Assembly: GCF_022045235.1 (NCBI RefSeq)
Contig: NW_027266343.1
Coordinates: 13,268,001 to 13,332,000 of the forward strand
Length of the DNA: 64,000 nucleotides
DNA from: Haliotis cracherodii
Lineage: Eukaryota
Direction: 5' to 3'
A program made the position numbers and the translations under genes. A model generated the notes under the pieces. That model did not search any database and was not told where the DNA came from. It saw only the letters and a list, made by a program, of their open reading frames with translations. Positions 55,083 to 64,000 of the stretch are shown here, in pieces (within the stretch, counting starts at the first letter, position 1; each line of letters starts with the position of its first letter).

Positions 55083-57036
55083 ATGTCTAGAAAGCAACGT
55101 CAGAGTTTACTGGAGGTTTTCAAACCCAAAACCCTTGTTTTCGATGATGAAGACTCACAGGATAGCGGCTTTGAGTCTCTCTGCAGTGACGACGAGGTGT
55201 GTTGAATAAATATATCACGCTTTTTTATTTAGACAGATCGAAAGATACACACAAAGAAAGGAAAGACAGTTATTTAGAAACTTAAAGGCAATATATGTTT
55301 TTTTCTTCAGGTGTCACCGCAATCTTTGGTTCACATGAGAACTAGTTTTCATGGCAAAAGGAAGTCGCTTTTCACGGGAAAGAGACCACGTGACTATGAT
55401 GATGAAAATGACGAACACGTTCAAGCTCAGGAGATGAAGAAACACAAAACCGTCTACGTTGACCATGAAACCCAAGTAGAAGTAACGTCAGAAGTTATGA
55501 AAACAGCTGTGGACAAAATGCAAAACGAGGTTGACCTGATCGGTGATGGTTCACAGGTTAGTAGAAGGTTTATTATTCCATTCTAATGCTAATTATTAAG
55601 AATTGCCTAATTAATTGCAATAATAAGGATATTCATCATTTTGTAAACATTTCTATCACACAGGCATATAAATAGCATCATTTTTAAAGTAACTATAAAG
55701 TTTTCCTTATGTTTTAGATTCATAGTCTCCCAACCATACAAGGCAGACACAAGGATCTCAAATCTGTGTCTTCAAACACAGTCAGTCAACTTCTTGCTGG
55801 AAAATATGATGACGTCATTTCCGGTTACCAAATCATCGACTGTCGTTACCCCTATGAATATGAAGGCGGACATATTAAGGTAAACCTAAATAATGTCTCA
55901 CATATTACAAATATATTCAACTCATTTTTTATTATTGGTGTGGCGATCTTACACATTATAAACAAATCTACAATGGTAGATATCAATATTCTTAACGTCT
56001 GTAATCTAAATACTGCCATTTTTCAACTTCAGGATGCCCAGAACCTTCACAGCGAGGCTCTGATCACAGATTTAGTGACCAATCTACAGGCGAGGGACTC
56101 TATTCAACGGAACATCCTGGTCTTCCACTGTGAATTTTCATCAGAGAGAGGCCCGAAACTGTAAGTATTTGATATAAGTGGTTGATATAAACAACTTCAA
56201 ATATATGTGAACCGGTTTATACGTTTATTGCACGATGTAGAATACTAATGACATCGAAAGTAATTATCATTTTCTAATGCAACGTTTCATTCAGTGATGT
56301 ATCTTCTGATACAGATTGCGCCACCTTAGAAACCTTGACCGGAAGATGAACAGTGACCGTTACCCTTTCCTCTTCTACCCGGAAGTATACCTGTTAGATG
56401 GTGGATACAAGGCCTTCTATGAACAACATCAAGTAGGTTGAGAAACGTTTGAAATTGACCGGAGTCCCTTTTCGGGAAAGTTCGTTGGTTGGTTGGTTCG
56501 TTGTTTAACGCCGCACTCAGCAAGATTCCAGCTATATGACGGCGGTCTGTAAACAATCGAGTCTGGACCAGACAATCCAGTGATTAATATCATGAGCATC
56601 GATCCACGCAATTGGGATCGACGACATGCATCAACCAAGTCAGCGAGTCTGACCACCCGATCCCGTTAGTCACCTTTTACGGCAAGCGTGGGTTGCTGAA
56701 GACCCCGGAATCTTCACGGGTCCCTTTCGGGAAAGATAAATATGTCTATATTTAGTGTATATGTGTACTTTTTTTCGTATACATTTTAACAAAGCAGAGT
56801 TATTTTTACTGTACTACCTTTTTTTGTAAAAAATTATGTAATAATGTGTCTTTACAACTCTATTTCAGACTCAGTGTCAACCAAGAAAGTACGTTCCCAT
56901 GCTGCACCAGGATTTCTCCAAACAACTACGTCACTTCCGGGTGAAGTCCAAGTCGTGGACAGCAGGAGAGAAACAGAGCATGCGTAGTCGACGTCTCATA
57001 ATAGACACGTCTCCGCTCAAGATGTCTCTTTGGTAA
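55083..57036 (+). CDS. cdc25: Cdc25-type phosphatase copy 7 (inverted, divergent), 311 aa, intact
   Basis: Exons 55083-55196, 55311-55556, 55718-55879, 56033-56160, 56315-56432, 56869-57036. Starts [16 protein letters not shown], contains DSGFES and [10 protein letters not shown], ends SPLKMSLW*. Confidence 0.93.
56481..56724 (-). mobile_element. SINE-like retroposon in copy 7 intron 5
   Basis: 11-bp TSD TTTCGGGAAAG (56470-56480 and 56725-56735), (AACC)n tail. Confidence 0.85.
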
Positions 57037-57249
57037 TCTGGAGATGAAATGATGAATCAGATTTCAGATACTACCCGACGATCGGTTTTGAGGGACTTAT
57101 TGATTGCTATTGTTATTGTTTTGGTTTGGTGCCTGAATGTTGAGGCAATAACTGAATACTTTACACATATGTTGACCTGTTTTACCACCCAATCTGTGAT
57201 ACAACATTCGTACAATAAAAATAAATACTGACTTACAATTTGTTCAGTT

Positions 57250-57810
57250 TCCTTTATTGTTGTATAAATGTTCCATACAAACCCGTACAGGGCGAAATAC
57301 ATGATTGGATCCAGAAACAAATTTAAAAAAAGTTTAACCGGAATCCTTAATATAATCAAGGAAGGATTTTCTATATTTTCACAGCAAGTATTTGAGACAA
57401 GTGGAATTAATACCATTTTGATTTCCAAATGCCCGACGTATTTATTTAAATGTTTCCATTCTCAGAAAAGAACCAAGTTCAATTCTGTCAAAACAATTGA
57501 GTTTTCAACAACACAACTATCCCCACCACAAACTTAAGGAACAATTCATTCCTTGAATCATTTTCCATGTCTATAGTTGTATCTCTATTTCTTAAGGTTC
57601 GGGGTAATTTGTCAAAAATGAAAGCAAGTGCCGTCCGAAGTTTACTGAGAAGAAAATACGTGAAATGCTTGACTTCTACATTGATAATATCTATGTAAAA
57701 ATTGGAGATAAAACATTAAGGCAAGAAGAAGGCATCTCAATGGGCACCAACTGTCCTCCCCTTCTGGTTGATATGTTTTTTTTATGCACATGAATAAGAA
57801 ATTATAGGCT
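57250..57810 (+). mobile_element. Penelope-like retroelement RT relic (N-terminal part)
   Basis: FHTNPYRAKY, NSVKTIEFST and EMLDFYIDNIYVKIGDKTLRQEEGISMGTNCPPLLVDMF match the recalled PLE RT pattern KLHKNPY..SIKTFDFSTLY..GIPMGTNCAPLLADLF. Confidence 0.75.
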
Positions 57811-58309
57811 CAGATTGGCATTTGAACAATAGACTTGCCTTTGTATATCAGATTCCCATGCATTATACAGTTTGAGCAGCGTGGTGTTTGAAAGACTGTA
57901 ATCAATGTTTTGGGGGCTGTCAATTAACCTGTCCTAGCCTCCCTTTAAGATAAGGAAGCCACAATGCCTCAACGAATGAATTGTACTTGGTTGTATGGCC
58001 GCCAGGATCATCACTTTCTACGTTTATCTTTTGTGAAATAAGAAACTGGTATAAACATGTTTGCAGAACAGTAAAATCAAACTGTACATTTATGAAACGA
58101 ACAAAATTAAAAGTTTTCTCTATCTGTATTTGACGCATCAATGACGAAACGGATTTTTTTGTCACTTTTATTTATATAATACAGCTGGAATGACATTAAG
58201 ACGACGAAACCCTTCCAATAATCAAAAGAAATATCCACTAAAAGCAGAGTCCATTGTCGATCTTCGATATTATGATCATGTATTTATGAATCATTGTAAA
58301 ATGGTGATG

Positions 58310-58990
58310 ACAGTAGGTGTTCGCGAAAAGATGATTTTATCCTGCCTCTCCGGTGGCATGTTCACCATCAAAAACAAAGCTGCGTTAAACTTAACTCATT
58401 CATTCTCTTTCGTCGTGAAAAAGTAGCGTAAGTGTAATTATTCACAAAAACAAAATTAAATATTCAATTATGAGAAATTTTGTGTAAAGTAACAATCAGG
58501 CGCATAACAACAACAGCAGCAGCAACAACAACAACAATCTTTACATTATTGTCTATGAAGTGACATACGAAATGGTTTGTTTAGGAACGTCTTAAAGACC
58601 TGCTCTTAATAAATACGTTTTTGTATCTATGGTTTGTCACAGTTCCATACCCTGCACGATCTGACTCTTTTACTGTCCGACCATCTTAAGATGAAACACT
58701 TTAATGTTTATCTCTAATCTTCAGAGAAGCATTAACCCCCAACTCATCCAAATGCAGAAATGCTGATACAAATTGTATATACAGACATAGATTTAGCCGA
58801 AGTAAGTGTTCAGGGTATATATAAAGATTCATGTTAAATCTAAACCGACGACCAAAAGAAACTTTAGCATTTAAAAACTGAAATTGCTCATTACCTGCAA
58901 CAGTTTGTAAAAAATAATCTGTAGCTTGGTAATTGTGAGTGAACATAAATTGGTTCAATGAAGACTTTGGTAAGAAATGAACCACATGAC
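58310..58990 (-). mobile_element. Heavily decayed Penelope-like RT relic (C-terminal part plus terminal motif)
   Basis: IYPEHL..SAFLHL..RDK resembles PLE IYPxEL..ASYLDL..YDK; terminal GCAGGA..CTTTTCGCGAACACCT motif. Confidence 0.45.
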
Positions 58991-59800
58991 ACCTACTATG
59001 TTTGAAATGTTGTGATTATTTTCCGAAAAAAGCAAATTTATTTATTTCAAAATATGAGATATCTTAGATACCCACCAGCAGTTGTGTATGTAAAGTTTTA
59101 AATCAAATTACATTTTTAAAAATAAAACCATGTAGAAGTATTCTTTGAGTGCTAACTGAGATCCAGTACAGTACATTACTGTAATATCGCTAACTTAGGC
59201 TATTTTCAATTGAAAATCTAACACAATTACGACAAAATCAACTGAGAGGTATAGTTTCCTTTGTCCATCAGTCTAGATTTATCCATCAATGTCTTTTTAC
59301 TCTTGTATATGTAACACAAGGAAGTTGTCAGTCAGTCATTGTCACAATTTCAATGAGTGAGTGAGGGAATGGTATTTCATTACACAGTCAGGTAGCTAGA
59401 TCACGGCAGAGTCAGGACACGTCGGGGTTCTACCACTCCTTGGTCAGGTCACACACTGTCACTACCGATCATCATTAGTTGGGCTCTTAGGGTCAAACAT
59501 AGAATACCGAGAATTGATCTACATCAAATCTACACGTGCGGATAAAATAGGAGTGATAAGACAACCTCAACAGAGATCATCGATGACACTGTTTGAGAAG
59601 AAGGTTACATAGATAAATTGTTTCAGAACATTTTGCACCATACAAATGTTGTGAGAAGTGATAAATCGTAAGCAGTTAACGACATATATTTTGTCTCTAT
59701 CTTGAATCTAAGTCCCCCGACCAGAATGTTAAATGGTAGGTTCATTAGACACGAGGACATGGAACTAGGAGCGTGTCTTGAGTTTATTCACATCGAACAG

Positions 59801-59940
59801 TAATATACAACACTAATGTATAACAACATGGTAACAAAACAACGAACAGCCTGTAAATTGTCATATGCTAATATACAACACTAATGTATCACAACATGGT
59901 AACGAAACAACGAACAGCCTGTAAATTGTCATATGCTAAT
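59801..59940. repeat. 68-bp tandem duplication
   Basis: TAATATACAACACTAATGTAT..AAATTGTCATATGC x2. Confidence 0.9.
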
Positions 59941-59988
59941 TTATCAACACGCAGGTATCAATACCATCGCCAGAGCATTTCAGTCAAA

Positions 59989-60544
59989 TCACACTAGAGA
60001 TAGTTTGAGTGGAGACACATCAATGTGGAGACGTCGACTAGGTATGGCTTGTTTCTCTTCTGCTGATCGCGACTGTTAACTATCACCGATGACAATTTTG
60101 TAAATCCAACTCTTGTCATCATTTTCGATGTCACTTCTATTTGGATTTATTAGTGTTATTTGGCGTTACCAAAGGATTGATGATCTCCATTCATTCATTC
60201 ATTCATTCATTTGAAACTGTACTGGTTGTCTACTGTATAATATGACACTTTTTCAATTCTCGCTAGACTTGTAAATCTTCGTCGTCGAGGTTCTAAGGGA
60301 TGAAGACTTCCTGTATATCCCGACTTTCACTGTAAGTGCTTTTCTCGAATAGCCCATGAAAAAACCACAATGAAAAAATAAGTATTTTTTTATATGATCA
60401 GATTCATACGGTGAACATTATTCTTTATCAGACAAAAATATATGTTATTGATAACAATTGATTAACAAACCTATTCTGTCGATGATGTCAGTGAAAGGAA
60501 AGGGTTTTGTCGCTTATGTTCACTGAAAGCTGACTTCTTCACAT
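59989..60544 (-). pseudogene. Decayed Cdc25 relic lacking the catalytic domain
   Basis: ATG-TGA start at 60544; exon 1-like QEVFIP*NLDDED at about 60315-60275; exon 2-like end IGDS*Q joined at 60073/60072 to the last-exon tail SRSAEEKQAIPSRRLHIDVSPLKLSLV*. The upstream module is present at 60670-61020. Confidence 0.75.
60189..60211. repeat. (ATTC)n microsatellite
   Basis: Read directly. Confidence 0.9.
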
Positions 60545-61319
60545 TATTGAATAGATTGTTGAAATTGTTTCTGTAATCTTTAGGAATAAAATAGATAGCA
60601 TGTGAATGATATCATTTCTGTTGTGATGGAAGTATGTATACCGTTACTGAATAAACAACTACACGTGGATGCAACAAAGACAACACTCGTTGATAAGCTC
60701 ATTTCCCAATTGAGCGTACATTGTTTTCTAATATGAAATGAAAACCAAGATAAACCTTAACACATTAAGCGACCCGATAACAATGTGGGCTTGGCGTGAA
60801 AGTACGATCGCTTGTGCGTCCAGTGGATATTAGCTACATATACCAAGGTGTGAGGGATTAAGCTCTGGTAATCATCCAAATTAGCCATCAAATGTACCGA
60901 TATAATATGGGCTTATGCAGGGTTTAGATCGTAAGCTTAAGAACTTAAGAACTTAAGAAAGAATTTTTAGTGTATTTCACTTTCTGTATAAACCCCGAGT
61001 GATGGGTTAAGGTGCTAAGTCAGAACAGAATGAAAAGGAAGGTAGTAGAAAAGATGGAATATGTTCCCTGTAGAAGAAAAAAGATTTTGTTTAGAATAAA
61101 GAAGATTCACTGGAATAGATTATTCAACATCCATACACAGTTTAATAAATAAAAGTGACAAAACCATTTCCATAATCGTAGGAAATATCTGCTAAAAGAC
61201 ATGGTATGTGGTGTATGAAGTATTATATGTGTTTCAGCAAACCCTTGGTCGAATTGAGGAAGAAAATGCATTGTTTCTCGCGTCGTATATGTCATATATT
61301 AAGGTCCTTGGAACATATT

Positions 61320-61400
61320 CAAGGGATAGCTTAGTGGTTAAAGCGTTTGCGCGTCACGCCAAAGAACTAGGTTCGATTCCCCACGTGATCTGTGAGGACC
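61320..61400 (+). mobile_element. Truncated tRNA-SINE head
   Basis: TAGCTTAGTGGTTAAAGCG...GGTTCGATTCCCC. Confidence 0.65.
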
Positions 61401-61622
61401 ATCCTGATATGGCTGCAATGGGATAACAGTGGTATGAGAACTCAATTCTCTAATTCTTACGGGCATGTTCTAACATATTTTTTCTTACAAACATATTCTT
61501 CATATATTTCTGTTTTAGCAAGAGACATGGTTTGAAACATGCAAATGATGTGTACATCCTTTATAAATCTCTCTCCCCTACCCTCTCGCTCTCTCTCCAA
61601 CCTATCCATTGAAATTGATCCC

Positions 61623-61783
61623 AGGGGCGATGGGATATCCATGTGCATAAAGCATTTGATCGTTTCGCCGAATGTCCGGGTTCGATTCCCCAAATGGACA
61701 CAGAGTGTGAAGCCCATGTCTGGTGTTCCTCCCGTGATTTGCCTGGCATATTGCTCAAGCGGCGAAAAAACTAACTCACTCAC
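61623..61783 (+). mobile_element. Degenerate tRNA-SINE
   Basis: GGGGCGATGGG head, GGTTCGATTCCCC B box, TGTGAAGCCCAT core, (ACTC)n tail. Confidence 0.7.
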
Positions 61784-62074
61784 CTATATATTTGGCCTTA
61801 ACTTGCAGTTTGGAAGTAAGCCACATATATCGAAGCCAAACAAACCAAGTTACCCTTTTAAGCAAACACAAATGTCTGAAGCAGCGTGATAATTCAACAG
61901 GTGTTGGAAACCGAGATAAGAAATTGCACACAAAACATGTCTGTTTATGACGACAGTAATATATGTCACTTCTAAAGCTGAAATAGGACATGAAACCAAT
62001 ATGAAATACAAAACATTTCATTGTGTTACCTAATTTCAGTTAACATCCATCCAACCATTCAGATGTTTTCTACA

Positions 62075-62564
62075 ACCATGAGTCTTATCCAGCTAATCCA
62101 GATCATCCTAACATACTCTTGATAAATCTGCTTACTTTACACCTTAACCCAGCCAGTGGGGAATCCACGCAGAAAGTGTGCCTGTATTAAATATCTTGTT
62201 CCCAAAGTAAATACAAATTGTCCTTAATTGTCATTCAACTGACGACCAAACCTACTTGAATTCTGTGTTATCAATACATGGACCACCGGCACATTTGATG
62301 TCCTACCTGGTGATTACCACGGGATAATACCCCTCACACCCTCGTATGGGCGGCTCCATATCTACCGGGGACGCAAGCGATTGTACATTCACACCAAGCG
62401 CACTTTCTTACTGGGTAAGCGTTTAACTATGTTTTCAATAGCCATTATGAATAGAGAAGGTTAACTGGATAATGAAACGATTAACGAGTGTTTTCATTGT
62501 TATGTTAATATGTTGTTTTAGTACAGGTATATAAACAGGAGAGTGCACAGGCATTGTATCATTC
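62075..62564 (+). promoter_or_regulatory. Upstream module and core promoter, copy 8
   Basis: TATAAA at 62530 is 31 nt before the A of TCATTC (62561); the homologous block lies upstream. Confidence 0.7.
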
Positions 62565-62638
62565 GACTTCAAACTGTTCAACTGTCTAACTTACATCTCT
62601 TAGCATTACAGAAACAATTTGAAAATACTTGTGTCATA

Positions 62639-63921
62639 ATGTCACGAAAGCAGATCACGGTAACTATTTATTGATGGCGACATTTATACTTTTTTGACAA
62701 CTATAAGGCCGGCGTCTTATGTTCATTTAATCATAATTCGAAAAAAACCCTAAGGATGAAGACAATCATATGAAAACTATTTCTTTTCATCTTTCAGTTT
62801 TCCAGTGACCTGTCAAATAACCTTGAGTGTCCGACTTCACCGGACGTTTTCATCAAGAAGAGCCTTGTTTTCGATGATGACAACTCTCTAGACAGTGGCT
62901 TTGAATCTCTTGGCAGTGACATCGAGGTTTGTTACATTTCATTTAACACTATGGGCAGTTCTTATTTGCAGAAATACTTAGGTATATAAATACTATACTG
63001 TAAATGCTTGAAACAAGCAAAATTAATATTTGACAGAAATATGTATTTTCATGAACACAATTCTAATAAAAATAAAACATTTGATGATATGTTTCTTCAT
63101 CAGGTGTCGCCACTACCTTTGGATCACAGGAGAACTGGTTTCCATGGAAAGAGGAAGTCTCTTTTCGGAGAAAAGAGACGACGTGATGACGATGACGATG
63201 GGGATCATATTCTAGCTCGGCAGATGAAGAAACTTAAAACAACCAATGGTGTCCCCAAAGCCCAAACAGAAGTCACGTCAGAGGTTATGAAGTCAGCCGT
63301 CGACAAGATGGAACAGGGCACTGATCTCATTGGTGATGGCTCACAGGTTAGTTGGAGACTAATTATTTCATATTTATCAATCAAATACATTCTTTAGAGT
63401 TAAAAGATGCACGCTGATTTTGAAGATAACGAGGTAACTGGAAAACAACTTCAAATTCATATCAATAACGTTAGTGTTTGTGTTCCAGAATCATTGCCTT
63501 CCAACTATTCAAGGAAGACACAAGGATCTCAAGTCTGTGGCTCCACACACAGTTAGTAAGCTTCTGGCAGGACAGTACGATGACGTCATTTCCAGCTACA
63601 GGATCATCGACTGTCGTTACCCATATGAATATGAAGGTGGTCACATTGAGGTATGCTACTGTCTTTAGATAAACAATACAACCATTGCCATGTAATATTG
63701 TTCATAGAATAACACATTCAGAGCATATTGATTGTATTTTGCCTAACATCTGGTAACAGTCTAAGTTTACATTTGACCAATTATTTACTTCAGGGTGCCG
63801 AGAACCTTCACAATGAGACTCTGATAAAAGGCTTGGTGACCAGCCTACAAGAGAAGGACTCCATTCAACGGAACATCCTGGTCTTCCACTGTGAATTTTC
63901 ATCAGAGAGAGGCCCGAAACT
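62639..63921 (+). CDS. cdc25: Cdc25-type phosphatase copy 8 (3' end beyond window), with an extra first intron
   Basis: Exons 62639-62659 (MSRKQIT), 62798-62926, 63104-63346, 63489-63650, 63794-63921; [21 protein letters not shown] and [10 protein letters not shown] present. Confidence 0.9.
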
Positions 63922-64000
63922 GTAAGTATTTTGTCAGATCACTTACTTGAGACACTGAACGATTCTAACATTACGATAACGATGCTCAGTTTAAACGAAA

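Noticed and set aside
1-64000. CRISPR array or prokaryotic operon
   Set aside because: Spliceosomal GT-AG genes, SINEs and LINEs throughout; no short repeat-spacer periodicity.

Overview
AT-rich, intron-containing animal DNA. The SINE and Penelope-like repeats resemble, from memory, those of gastropod molluscs such as abalone (inference, not searched). The whole window is a cluster of compact Cdc25-type (M-phase inducer) phosphatase genes. It holds 7 head-to-tail minus-strand copies in 7.8-9.4 kb units: copy 0 is cut by the window edge, copies 1, 3, 4, 5 and 6 have open 308-310 aa six-exon frames, and copy 2 has a nonsense codon. Next come an inverted intact copy 7 (311 aa), a decayed minus-strand relic lacking the catalytic domain, and an inverted copy 8 with one extra intron that runs off the right edge. 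Copies 1-8 all keep [14 protein letters not shown] and [10 protein letters not shown]. The N-terminus is reduced to about 110 aa with a canonical DSGxxS degron and a bipartite NLS. Each gene has a TATA plus Inr core promoter and a conserved upstream module of about 450 bp; an orphan copy of that module sits in every spacer behind a ~160 bp palindrome. Spacers also carry LINE, Penelope-like and SINE relics whose presence/absence pattern is mosaic, pointing to unequal crossing-over and gene conversion. Exon boundaries were read by hand; repeat boundaries are approximate.
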